Shown here: positions 11,846 through 20,860 of the stretch, piece by piece
How positions within the stretch are numbered: position 1 is the stretch's first letter
Layout: every line of letters begins with the position of its first letter
NCBI GenBank assembly: GCA_002011125.2
Contig: MTMF02000009.1
Coordinates: 1,640,989 to 1,704,988, forward strand
Origin: Candidatus Hydrothermarchaeum profundi
GTDB lineage: Archaea; Hydrothermarchaeota; Hydrothermarchaeia; Hydrothermarchaeales; Hydrothermarchaeaceae
Direction: 5' to 3'
DNA: 64,000 bases
The notes under the pieces: model-generated
The model's input: the letters and a program-made list of their open reading frames with translations, nothing else
Database searches by the model: none
What the model was told of the DNA's origin: nothing
Made by a program: the position numbers and the translations under genes

Positions 11846-12310
11846 TCACATCATGTTTTGGCCTTCACTACTCTTAATTACCAGCACGGGGCGATCTGAC
11901 CTATGAACTACCTCCCGTGAGACGCTTCCTAACATAAATTTCGAGATGCCCGCGCCATACGAAGCAACTACGATAAGATTGTAGTTCCCTTCTTTAGCTT
12001 CTTTGAGAATCTCCTCTGCAGCATTCCCTTTTCTAGTTTTTAACTCAGCTTGAATCTCATATTTTGATAATATTTCTCTTCCCTTTTCTAGGGAAAGCTT
12101 CACAGATTTAGGAATACCAAGCTTTTTTAGTTTATGTATTTCCTCCCGAAAAACTCTATGGTATTCATCGTATTCCTTATATTCTTCCTCGATATTAGGG
12201 ATAACTCTTAAGACTGTGACTTCGGGATTTATGGTTCTCAACAGGTAGCCCGTGGTCTCTATGGCTTCCTCGGAGAAACGTGACCCATCTGTACACACAA
12301 GTACCCTCAT
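11846..12310 (-). CDS. Universal stress protein
   Basis: VLVCTDGS, LIVVASYG, LGSVSREVV. Confidence 0.92.
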   Translation of the reverse strand: MRVLVCTDGSRFSEEAIETTGYLLRTINPEVTVLRVIPNIEEEYKEYDEYHRVFREEIHKLKKLGIPKSVKLSLEKGREILSKYEIQAELKTRKGNAAEEILKEAKEGNYNLIVVASYGAGISKFMLGSVSREVVHRSDRPVLVIKSSEGQNMM

Positions 12311-12636
12311 TTTCCTTCCTGGAGGAGCATTATGGCTTCTGCTAAGTCTCCGTTAGTCTTAGCGAGAGCCTCTCTAGCCTCATCCTCGCTTACTCCTGCC
12401 TGCTCGGCTACCATTTTCACGTCTTCCTCAGGAATAAGGATCCTTTCACTTTCACTACCCATGATCTGATAGGTCTTCTGACCCATAGCTGTGACCACGT
12501 TAACAGTAGGATTCTCAATGACAATCTCCCTGTCGGAGAGCCTAATTATGACCTCTTGGGCATCTAACTCCTCCATTTCCATGCCCATCTTCTTCATCAT
12601 CTTTTTCATTTTCTTCGGATTCAAATTAGGAATCAT
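12307..12636 (-). CDS. nac: Nascent polypeptide-associated complex protein
   Basis: NPKKMKKMMKKMG, C-terminal UBA (GDLAEAIM); ATG 12636 with AGGTG RBS. Confidence 0.95.
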   Translation of the reverse strand: MIPNLNPKKMKKMMKKMGMEMEELDAQEVIIRLSDREIVIENPTVNVVTAMGQKTYQIMGSESERILIPEEDVKMVAEQAGVSEDEAREALAKTNGDLAEAIMLLQEGK

Positions 12637-13012
12637 TGCTTCCACCTTAGCAATAATTTACTGCGCAGAAAATAAAAAGCTATCGAGAGGATAACCAACC
12701 TGCTGGGCAGGATTTTAACATTATATTATATTCTAACCCTTTACGCCCTATACCTATCTCCCTTATCATCAAGCTTTCACGAAAATCTTCAGAAGACATT
12801 CAAGTAACTATGCCGCTGAATAGACCGCTGAAATCCTTTCACCGCCGTGTCGTGCTCCTTGCAAATTGGACATTGGTATCCGTGGTTCTAACACCCGACG
12901 TTCCCCGTGACTGTTTACTATACTTATGCAGACTGATAATCAGGGACTAACAAGGATAAATACTTTACGCCCATTAGCTCCGATCTCAGATAACTACATG
13001 AGTATAAAGAAA

Positions 13013-13354
13013 TTAAAGCTTAATAATTTTCTTTCTTGACTTATCAGCGGCTTGTAAGATGAGTTGCTTTTCTATCTCCATGAGACTCTTAACTAGTTCG
13101 CTCTCAGTGTTCAACCTGTAAAGCCTCGTCTTTCCAAACTTCCTCTCACTCTTAACGATTCCGAGACTCTCTATTTCCCCCCACACCTTGTAAAAAGTTG
13201 TTTTGCTCATTCCCAGCTCCTCTATGATCTCTTTCTTCGAAAAATCAAAGAGCTTGTTATCCATGAGAAAATCAACTATCCTGAGCTGAGGAGACCTTCC
13301 CAAAGCCTTCAACAATAACGACTCCCTAACTTCTCTCTTCATTCTTTCCTTCAT
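13013..13354 (-). CDS. Winged-helix DNA-binding protein
   Basis: FSKKEIIEELGMSKTTFY HTH; wing RKFGKTRLYRLN. Confidence 0.8.
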   Translation of the reverse strand: MKERMKREVRESLLLKALGRSPQLRIVDFLMDNKLFDFSKKEIIEELGMSKTTFYKVWGEIESLGIVKSERKFGKTRLYRLNTESELVKSLMEIEKQLILQAADKSRKKIIKL

Positions 13355-13437
13355 TCCTTCGACTTTAACTTAGATTTAAACAGATGTATAGACCAGATTC
13401 AAAGGCAAAGGTTTATAAACCTTACCGTTGAACGGTA

Positions 13438-13728
13438 TTGTTAGTGTACCAATATGAAGAGGAAGCGCCTACTACCCGGGACATTGAGGCAACGATATTT
13501 CATAAACTAGCAAGGAGAGGGGCATGGGGAGAAGCCTATATGCCTAGGGACACCCTAACAAGATGGCTCTCAAAGAAGATAAAGAAAAACGGCAAGCGAA
13601 TTAGAAAAATCATAGATTCATTAATCCGAGAAGGATACCTCCTCCCCCACAAAGGAGGCAAGACTATTTCCTTAAACCCCTCCCGCAGAGGAGAAATACT
13701 CAGAGTTATAGAAGACTTCCTCCAATAA
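13438..13728 (+). CDS. Small basic hypothetical protein, probable winged helix
   Basis: 96-aa ORF divergent from the wHTH gene; IRKIIDSLIREGYL..ISLNP pattern. Confidence 0.6.
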   Translation: MLVYQYEEEAPTTRDIEATIFHKLARRGAWGEAYMPRDTLTRWLSKKIKKNGKRIRKIIDSLIREGYLLPHKGGKTISLNPSRRGEILRVIEDFLQ

Positions 13729-13814
13729 TGCATAAAAAAGCGCTGTCCTGGGATATATCTCCGTCCTCTCATGCTCCAGCCTCCACCGGAGAATAATCCT
13801 TTGAGCATTCCTAG

Positions 13815-14101
13815 CCTCGCTGAAGACCTTCCGGATCTTCTCATCAAAAGAGGTTACATGCTCAGTAGTCACGATGGAACCATTAAAAGCCCATACAAAC
13901 TTTGTTCTGAACAGCCTAAAGTCTCAAAAGTTAAAGTATGGGTAAGCAATTCGAAAGCAGGGAAAGTAATCCTACACCCTTTTCATGCTTAATTACTCTA
14001 GAAATAAGGCGAGGTGACGATTTCATTCTCTTCTACAAATCTTCTTGCTCAATTTATTTTAGCTGTGCTTAATCCATTCCTCAGAAAATATTTTTATCCA
14101 T
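13815..14101 (-). pseudogene. Decayed PIN/VapC-like toxin gene
   Basis: Across frameshifts and stops: MDKNIF, ARRFVEENEIVTSP, YGLL, NGSIVTT, VTSFDEKIRKV; the order matches the archaeal VapC pattern (DTNxF...TS...YxLLPNDA...TFDxDFxRV). Confidence 0.4.
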
Positions 14102-14227
14102 GGCGGCGAATGGAATCAGGGAAGCCTTTCCTTATAAAAAGAATGTGGTGAGGACTTTTCCAGCACGATAAAAATCTGAGAAACCATGCAAGAGCGGAAA
14201 CAAGGCTCACCATCCGAGTAGGAGTAG

Positions 14228-14302
14228 TGGGCCCGGAGGGATTCGGACCCTCGACCTTTCGGTTATCAGCCGAACGCGCTAACCAAGCTACGCCACGGGC
14301 CC
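14228..14302 (-). tRNA. tRNA-Ile(GAT), atypical T-loop (UCCGAAU)
   Basis: GGGCCCG/CGGGCCC acceptor stem; anticodon arm TTCGG-CTGATAA-CCGAA; T arm GAGGG-TCCGAAT-CCCTC; no encoded CCA. Confidence 0.93.
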
Positions 14303-14328
14303 AGTAAAAATCAAAAGAGATACAGAAA

Positions 14329-14336
14329 TATATAAA
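14329..14336 (-). promoter_or_regulatory. TATA box of tRNA-Ile
   Basis: TTTATATA about 27-34 nt upstream of the tRNA 5' end, preceded by purine-rich BRE-like GAAAGA. Confidence 0.6.
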
Positions 14337-14396
14337 TCTTTCACTCTAGCACTGCAGGATAGTTTTAGTAGAGGCTCATATATTCCACACGTATTT

Positions 14397-14403
14397 TTTA
14401 TAT
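14397..14403 (+). promoter_or_regulatory. TATA box of tRNA-Ala
   Basis: TTTATAT about 24-30 nt upstream of the tRNA start. Confidence 0.5.
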
Positions 14404-14426
14404 GTTAACGTTTAAATTAGGTTGGA

Positions 14427-14500
14427 GGGCCCGTAGCTCAATTTGGTAGAGCGTCGCCCTCGCACGGCGGAGGCTCCGGGTTCAAATCCCGGCGGGTCCA
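14427..14500 (+). tRNA. tRNA-Ala(CGC)
   Basis: Full cloverleaf; G3:U70 alanine identity pair; anticodon loop CTCGCAC; TTCAAAT T-loop. Confidence 0.97.
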
Positions 14501-14676
14501 CTTCCTATTAAATTGGATAAAAAAATATTGGTGAAGCGTGCATTTTCTTGAATGATCGATTTCAAGATAATCTTCTTGAGTAATGAGCTATTTTAATTTA
14601 CCCTATCTCATAGAATTCTATACTCAGTAAGCTCACTACAAAATAAGAGGATAACTCAAGTATGAGTGAATGATAC

Positions 14677-15135
14677 TCACTCTTCTCGCTTAGGCACCAC
14701 TAGCACAGGCACCTGCAAAAGTCTACCTAGCTCGCTTAACAATCCTTCAGTAGTGCTACCTAGAAAGAGCTTAAAGAAGTGTCCCTTACCCGTGGGAGCG
14801 ATGATTATAAGATCTATGTCACCACGATTATTGATATACTTTATAATCTCATCTGATGGCCTGCCTTTTCCCTTTATTATAACGCTTTCTACCTCAACTC
14901 CTTCCTCCTCTCCAAGCTTTTTCACTCTGTCAACGATCTCGTAAGCATCGCGTTCTGTTTGCATCTTTCTGATGAGTTCTCTCTTCAACTTAACCTTCCA
15001 AGTTTCAACCGATATTTCAGGGTCATAGACATGAAGAGTAACAATCTTACCCCCACACCTCTTGCATAGCTCTACAGCATACTTCTCAGCGGCAAAAGCT
15101 GCCCAAGAGCCATCTGTTGGCACAAGTATTTTCAT
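14677..15135 (-). CDS. Universal stress protein
   Basis: KILVPTDGS, LIIIAPTG, FLGSTTE. Confidence 0.9.
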   Translation of the reverse strand: MKILVPTDGSWAAFAAEKYAVELCKRCGGKIVTLHVYDPEISVETWKVKLKRELIRKMQTERDAYEIVDRVKKLGEEEGVEVESVIIKGKGRPSDEIIKYINNRGDIDLIIIAPTGKGHFFKLFLGSTTEGLLSELGRLLQVPVLVVPKREE

Positions 15136-15425
15136 CTTTTTTCTCCTCCCGTTATTTTCTTATAAATTTCTAAAAACTCATCCCAATGTTGGAGCATATT
15201 GTCGGTGAGAAAATACATAACGATGTAGGTGTTCTCAGAGGTTTCTACTATTCCGTGCTTTAAAAGTACATCAATATGATATCTTATAGTAGTATAATCC
15301 ATCTTCAACCTACGTGCTATCTGGTTAGCATTACTTGGCCGCTCATGGAGCAGTTTTACTATCTTAGCTCTTATTACTCCGCCCTTCGTAACTCCGAAGA
15401 TCCACCAGAGAAGCTTTTTATTCAT
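15132..15425 (-). CDS. ArsR-family winged-helix regulator
   Basis: LLWWIFGVTKGG..RAKI, PSNANQIA..L.MDY.TIRYH; ATG 15425 with AGGTG RBS. Confidence 0.88.
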   Translation of the reverse strand: MNKKLLWWIFGVTKGGVIRAKIVKLLHERPSNANQIARRLKMDYTTIRYHIDVLLKHGIVETSENTYIVMYFLTDNMLQHWDEFLEIYKKITGGEKR

Positions 15426-15485
15426 TATTAACACCTATACAATAAGGCTTATATATTAATCCTCAACATCTTTTCTCTGAGTGGT

Positions 15486-15779
15486 ATGGGCGATGTAATT
15501 CTAACTGCGAGACTGGTGTTTAGTCTAATAAACCTCGCCATCCTAAGCGTATTGGTCTACATTTTTTTTAAGCGTTACCTAGAGCTTAAATCACCTTTTA
15601 CTCTGGGATTTTTACTCTTTTCCCTAGCCCTCTTTTTCAGGACTTTTTTCTCTGCGCCTATTATAAATATCCTTGTCTCGGGAGTAGGTACTTCTAACGT
15701 ACTTGACAATTTCAGGCTTATCGCTGATATTTTTGAAACTTTCGCGCTTTCGATCCTAGTATACCTCAGCACAAGATGA
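15486..15779 (+). CDS. Small 3-TM membrane protein divergent from ArsR
   Basis: Three hydrophobic segments; KSPFTLGFLLF. Confidence 0.75.
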   Translation: MGDVILTARLVFSLINLAILSVLVYIFFKRYLELKSPFTLGFLLFSLALFFRTFFSAPIINILVSGVGTSNVLDNFRLIADIFETFALSILVYLSTR

Positions 15780-15780
15780 G

Positions 15781-15844
15781 TTTGTAAAAAGTTTGGAAAA
15801 TTTTTGTATAAAAATAGGATTATTTCTATATAATATTTGGAAAA
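15781..15844 (+). promoter_or_regulatory. 11-bp-phased TTTG(G/T)A direct repeats upstream of USP-TauE operon
   Basis: Copies at 15781, 15792, 15803 and 15836, degenerate at 15814 and 15825. Confidence 0.45.
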
Positions 15845-15902
15845 TAAATAAATATGCGCTTCTTTTTTAGTATAATTTAGTTAATTTTGGAGGATTTTTA
15901 AA

Positions 15903-17012
15903 ATGACAGATAAAAATATTTTAATTGCGATAACTGATATTGATATCTTTACTAAAACTCTACCAGATATAATAAAATGGCTGAAAAGTCTTAATGGTAA
16001 CCTAAATGCCACTTTATTATACATAGCTGATGCCACAGATATGGAATCAGCAATCCCTATCCTCGAAGATATAAGCACTAAAAATAAACAGCTTATCAAA
16101 ATTGCAGAAGAGTTAAACCGACAAAACATACCTACTAAGCTACAACTGAGAACGGGAGTACCCCACAGAGAGATAATCACGGAAGCAAAAAGGAAAGGTG
16201 CGTTTACGATATTGATGAGTACAGATAGTAGGGGTATTATTCCAAGAGCATTCTCAAGGAATATTGTAAAAAAAGTGATGGAACAGGCTCCCTGCCCCGT
16301 AGTTGTTTTTAAACCACAATTACTGAGGTTTACGGATAAAGTAGCATGTAAAGAATCCCACTCGAAAAAAAGAGTAGTTGTTTCAACAGATACTCAGGAA
16401 TATAAAGCTTTGATTAAAGAAAAAAAGGTTATCATCGTAGTAAATACGGCCCTCGATACAAAGAATCCGCTTCTTCCATTAGACTTCGCTGAATTTAGTG
16501 CAGAGTGGATGACGAGACATCTAAAAGATCTGAATGCATATAAAGCCATTCTACTCTACCAAGCAGACAATATAAATGAAATCGATAATGCAAAAAAACT
16601 TTTAGGAACCCTTATACCTGCTTTCGAAAAACGCGGCATAAAAGCTACGGTTATTGTTAATTTATCTGAGGAACAAGTAACAGCGGAAATAGATAAGCTT
16701 CAACCGGAAATAGTGTTTGTAACTGGATCTAAACTTGCAAAACATATCGAAAAGCATGTGCGGTGTAAGAGTATAACATACCCCAATCCGAAACAAAAAG
16801 AGCTAAAGACCTCTATAGAATATGGAGTTATCGCATTAATTTTGTATACATTCATATTAATAGACTTTGGGTTTATCCAAGAACTTGTTACTAAAAAAAG
16901 CTTAATATCCGTTCTAGTAGTTCTCATCACAGTGATTCTAGTGGCATATGCCTATGGAAATACGATTACCCATACACTCAGATACTTAGGCATCAAGCCA
17001 AAGGCTCATTAA
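15903..17012 (+). CDS. USP-domain protein (USP + degenerate USP + C-terminal 2 TM)
   Basis: GVPHREII..AK..ILMS..KVMEQAPCPVVVFK; hydrophobic C-terminus. Confidence 0.75.
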   Translation: MTDKNILIAITDIDIFTKTLPDIIKWLKSLNGNLNATLLYIADATDMESAIPILEDISTKNKQLIKIAEELNRQNIPTKLQLRTGVPHREIITEAKRKGAFTILMSTDSRGIIPRAFSRNIVKKVMEQAPCPVVVFKPQLLRFTDKVACKESHSKKRVVVSTDTQEYKALIKEKKVIIVVNTALDTKNPLLPLDFAEFSAEWMTRHLKDLNAYKAILLYQADNINEIDNAKKLLGTLIPAFEKRGIKATVIVNLSEEQVTAEIDKLQPEIVFVTGSKLAKHIEKHVRCKSITYPNPKQKELKTSIEYGVIALILYTFILIDFGFIQELVTKKSLISVLVVLITVILVAYAYGNTITHTLRYLGIKPKAH

Positions 17013-17027
17013 AGGGGGAAGTGGCAG

Positions 17028-18104
17028 ATGGAAGGTCTAACATCTAATCTTGGAAGCGGACTTGATGCGGTGTTTATTAACATAACTCTAATAAAAGCAC
17101 TTGCTATAATATTTCTAGGATTCATCGGAGGAACCTTAAGTGGCTTTCTGGGTAGCGGTGGAGCATTCATAATGACTCCCGGTATGATGAACTTAGGGGT
17201 GCCCGGAATAATAGCTGTAGGAACCAACATAACCCACAAATTCGGGAAAGCCTTAGTAGGTTCCCGTAGTCACGGAGAACTTGGCCACGTAGACAAAAAA
17301 CTAGCTCTAATGATGTTAATAGGATTATTAGCTGGAGTAAGAGCTGCTGTAAAGATTAACTCTAGGATATTCGAATCACTAGGAAAGGCTGCCTCTAATC
17401 TCTATATTAGTATTATCTTCATAATTGTGCTCACTTCCATCACTATAATTATTATTAGAGATATCAAGAACAGCCGGAAAAGTGATCACATCATAGACAA
17501 TGACTTAGCGGATAAAATTCAAAAAATAAATCTCCCGCCAGTTATTCAATTTGAAGTTGCTAGAATAAGAGTATCTCTCTGGTTCCCCCTTATTATAGCG
17601 TTTGCTACAGGATACCTCGCAGGTACGATAGGTGTAGGGGGATTTATAGGTGTTCCAGCAATGATATATATGCTAGGTATAAACACAAGAGTTGCTGCTG
17701 GTACGGAGCTTTTTTTGGCAATATTTTCAGGGGCGTGGGGAGCTATTGAATACGCCCAGCGAGGTTATGTTGACCTACGACTTGTTGTAATCCTATACCT
17801 TGGATCTCTAATAGGAGTGCAATTAGGTGCGATAGCAACTGAAATAGTCGATCAAAGCATTGCTAAACTTGTTTTAGTAATTGTAATTGCCAGCTCAGAT
17901 CTAGGCAGAGTAGTAATGATACCTGAGTACTTGAGAACGTTAGGGTATATTGATATAACTAGTAATACAGGTAATATCCTAAGTATGGTAAGCACAGGCT
18001 TGCTCTTTGGGGGAGCTATTCTAGGGATGGGGGTTATTTTAAAAAATGTAAAAGAAGTAGCGTTGTCCGAGAAAAAGATTAAAATCTTGAGTCACGCAAA
18101 GTGA
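17028..18104 (+). CDS. TauE/SafE sulfite exporter family protein
   Basis: SGFLGSGGAFIMTP and GTIGVGGFIGVPAM repeats; AAGTEL; G.VD. Confidence 0.92.
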   Translation: MEGLTSNLGSGLDAVFINITLIKALAIIFLGFIGGTLSGFLGSGGAFIMTPGMMNLGVPGIIAVGTNITHKFGKALVGSRSHGELGHVDKKLALMMLIGLLAGVRAAVKINSRIFESLGKAASNLYISIIFIIVLTSITIIIIRDIKNSRKSDHIIDNDLADKIQKINLPPVIQFEVARIRVSLWFPLIIAFATGYLAGTIGVGGFIGVPAMIYMLGINTRVAAGTELFLAIFSGAWGAIEYAQRGYVDLRLVVILYLGSLIGVQLGAIATEIVDQSIAKLVLVIVIASSDLGRVVMIPEYLRTLGYIDITSNTGNILSMVSTGLLFGGAILGMGVILKNVKEVALSEKKIKILSHAK

Positions 18105-18108
18105 TATT

Positions 18109-18567
18109 ATGAATATTTATTCCCATATTCTCGTTGCAACGGATGGTTCAAAGTACAGCGAACCGGCCGTATGCTACGCTATGCGTTTAGCAAAAGAGAG
18201 TAACGCTAAGCTTACAATCTTACATGTTGCCAATGTGCATGGATATGTTGAGGTACTGTGGCATGATATGAAGAAGAAGTATAAGAATGAAGGGGAAAGG
18301 GTCCTTGAAGAAATTAGAGAACACTGCGAAAATTCAGATGTAAAGGCTGAAACTCTTCTAGAAGAAGGAGTACCCTACTTAAAAATAGTAGAGGCTGCAA
18401 AAAAACTTCACTGCGACCTTATTGTAATGGGCAGCCATGGACATTCTGGATTAGAAAAAATCCTGCTAGGAAGCGTTGCAGAGCGTGTTATAGGAATCTC
18501 GCCTGTACCCGTCGTAATAGTTCCACCAGATGTTGGGAAGCATCTACTTGAAAGCAAAGAGAAATAA
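18109..18567 (+). CDS. Universal stress protein
   Basis: ILVATDGS, LIVMGSHG, LLGSVAERV. Confidence 0.95.
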   Translation: MNIYSHILVATDGSKYSEPAVCYAMRLAKESNAKLTILHVANVHGYVEVLWHDMKKKYKNEGERVLEEIREHCENSDVKAETLLEEGVPYLKIVEAAKKLHCDLIVMGSHGHSGLEKILLGSVAERVIGISPVPVVIVPPDVGKHLLESKEK

Positions 18568-18587
18568 AATATCTCTCTGAGTAATAT

Positions 18588-19391
18588 TTATTCCTTCCCC
18601 ATCATCTTTAACTCGTTTCCAAACCAGAGAGTGCGCTGGGGGAATGGGATTTCAATACCGTTTTTCTCTAATGTCTTTTTGATCCTCCAAAGCAATTCTA
18701 TTTTAACACCGTACCACTCTGTTGATGGAGCCCAAACTCTTACCCTTACAAGGACACTATTATCTCCTAGCTCATCTACAAAAGCTTGAGGTTCCGGATT
18801 TTTTAATGCAAGCGGGTGTTCATCGATCAGGTTCTTTATGATCTCCACTGCCTTATCCGCATCATCAGAGTATCTTATACCAATATTATACTCGAACCGT
18901 CTCACTGGATTCGCTACGAAGTTCGTTATACTACTAGTAAAAACCTGCTCGTTTGGAACTCGCACATACAACCCGTCAAAGGTTCTTATAATCGTGGAAA
19001 TGATGCTAATGTCCTCAACAACTCCAGCTATATTGCCAATATTAACGGAGTCCCCAATTCGTATAGGTCTTTCAATCATCATGAAAACTCCAGATATTAA
19101 ATTGCTTACGATCCTCTGGCTAGCAAAACCGACCACAATTCCCGCTATTCCTCCAGCCAATAGTAATCCTGAGGGGTTTATTCCAAGCATTGGTAGTACA
19201 GAAAGCAGAGCAATCCCAATAATAGTATAATAGGTTACCTTTACTATGAGTTCGATGTGATCTTTCTTCATTCTGTCCTTGAGGCTTCTCCTCAAGTGTA
19301 TCGAGATAGCCTTTGAAATAATAAAGGCAAAACTGAGGATTATGGCGGCTTTTAAAAGTGTAAAAGGCTGTATATTTTGGATAATACTCAT
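18588..19391 (-). CDS. mscS: Small-conductance mechanosensitive channel
   Basis: GIAGIVVGFASQ..VSNLISG, RPIRIGD, VPN, IEIPFPQR. Confidence 0.93.
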   Translation of the reverse strand: MSIIQNIQPFTLLKAAIILSFAFIISKAISIHLRRSLKDRMKKDHIELIVKVTYYTIIGIALLSVLPMLGINPSGLLLAGGIAGIVVGFASQRIVSNLISGVFMMIERPIRIGDSVNIGNIAGVVEDISIISTIIRTFDGLYVRVPNEQVFTSSITNFVANPVRRFEYNIGIRYSDDADKAVEIIKNLIDEHPLALKNPEPQAFVDELGDNSVLVRVRVWAPSTEWYGVKIELLWRIKKTLEKNGIEIPFPQRTLWFGNELKMMGKE

Positions 19392-20104
19392 ACCCCCGCC
19401 TCCATTACAAATTTAGCTGTTGAAAGGGTAATCTTTCTCGACGTATAAATCTCCACGCTTTTATCCATACCCTTTATCAATGGAGCATCAGAAAACCCTG
19501 TCTCAGCAATGCTTGAGTTTAATATCTTCATTTTAGCTATCATTGATACGAGCTTGTCATTATAATAAATTTTCATTCCAAAAGAATTAAACACCGCTTT
19601 TTTAACTTCAACCCACTCTGAAGAGTCATTCTCAATTCTCAGTTCAATAACGCCTTCCTTGAGAATATCAGTCTTAGGTATACTGGTATTCACATCACTT
19701 TTATAGTATTTGCATACTACGCCTCTCCTTACATCACCATAGAGCGTATATTTCGGTTTAGTGAAAGTAAAGATATCGAAATTATCATAATCACCTTTAA
19801 TCTTAAAGAAAGCACCAATTTCTATTGGAAACCTAATATATACCTTATTCTTAGTTTTTGGTTCTACTAACAAAGGCTTTTGCAGTTCAATAAGCAAAAA
19901 AGGTGTTATCGTCTTTGTAAGATTTACAGGCTCCACTGGGCAGAGGTAAATTTCATTTCTTTTTGTAAACAGAAGTTTCTCAACCTTTTCATCATGAGTC
20001 TCTCTTATGTAAATGTATCCACTATCTTTACTTCTGACAGAGATAGTTATATTCTTTTCTTTTAATTCGAAGGGGAGAGTGTGAAGCCCGTATATAGATT
20101 CCAT
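19388..20104 (-). CDS. DUF432-like protein
   Basis: PVEP, FPIEI, KYTLYG...GVVCKY, MKIYY; co-located with mscS. Confidence 0.8.
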   Translation of the reverse strand: MESIYGLHTLPFELKEKNITISVRSKDSGYIYIRETHDEKVEKLLFTKRNEIYLCPVEPVNLTKTITPFLLIELQKPLLVEPKTKNKVYIRFPIEIGAFFKIKGDYDNFDIFTFTKPKYTLYGDVRRGVVCKYYKSDVNTSIPKTDILKEGVIELRIENDSSEWVEVKKAVFNSFGMKIYYNDKLVSMIAKMKILNSSIAETGFSDAPLIKGMDKSVEIYTSRKITLSTAKFVMEAGV

Positions 20105-20196
20105 AGGATTAAATCATCTAATTAGCTTATATTCTTTTGGCTAAGATAGTTTCTTTTCAAGAAAAAGTGAGATAAATCTCTCTGATAAATTAGAGA

Positions 20197-20535
20197 TCAA
20201 TCCAAATTACGGAGTACTGAATCTATTTTGGATTTCAAATGATCTTTTGGTACCGCCCCTACAATTCTCTCTACGGGTCTTCCCTTATGGAAAATACTCA
20301 ATGTAGGTATGCTCATAACACCATATTTTACTGCTATAGTTTGATTTTTATCTGTGTCTAATTTCGCAAATTTTAATTTTCCTTTGTATTCTTTTGACAG
20401 CTCTTCAAAGACAGGCGCTATCATCCTACAAGGTGGACACCACTCTGCCCAGAAATCCACTATAACCGGTATATCCGATTCTAATACTTCCTCCCTCCAA
20501 TTTTTCTCATTCACTTCGAAAAGATTCTCATGCAT
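20197..20535 (-). CDS. trxA: Thioredoxin
   Basis: VDFWAEWCPPC, SIPTL; ATG 20535 with GAGGTG RBS. Confidence 0.93.
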   Translation of the reverse strand: MHENLFEVNEKNWREEVLESDIPVIVDFWAEWCPPCRMIAPVFEELSKEYKGKLKFAKLDTDKNQTIAVKYGVMSIPTLSIFHKGRPVERIVGAVPKDHLKSKIDSVLRNLD

Positions 20536-20549
20536 ATCCAGCACCTCTT

Positions 20550-20732
20550 TCAACTTGGTGTAATCGCTCCCTTTGGACATGCAGCAACACATGCGAAGCA
20601 ACCTAAACACCTTTGTTCATCCACTATAACCTTGCCAATTTTATAATTGTACTTCATTGCTCCACTTAAGCATGCCTTTGCTGCACCACACCAGGGGTTA
20701 TTGTCACACAAGCTCTCTTTTATTGTTACCAT
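20550..20732 (-). CDS. Small 4Fe-4S ferredoxin
   Basis: CLGCFACVAACP plus an irregular first Cys set (CDNNPWC..C); ATG 20732 with GAGGT RBS. Confidence 0.85.
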   Translation of the reverse strand: MVTIKESLCDNNPWCGAAKACLSGAMKYNYKIGKVIVDEQRCLGCFACVAACPKGAITPS

Positions 20733-20860
20733 TATTAGACCTCTTTTTTGGAGATTCGAAAATAACAACCGCAATAATATTTATTCTAATTTGTTCACCA
20801 AAAATGAACAATAATAATAAATATCCTGCACCTGTAAAAAGATAAAAGGAGGGAAATCAA

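Noticed and set aside
12700-12722. Minus-strand GTTAAAATCCTGCCCAGCA as an att copy of a tRNA 3' end
   Set aside because: Only loosely T-arm-like and does not match the tRNA-Ile 3' sequence
13672-13992. Track ORFs 13672-13872(-) and 13771-13992(+) as real genes or a transposase (RWRLE)
   Set aside because: Overlap each other and a real gene; better explained as frames of a decayed PIN gene; no DDE context or terminal repeats
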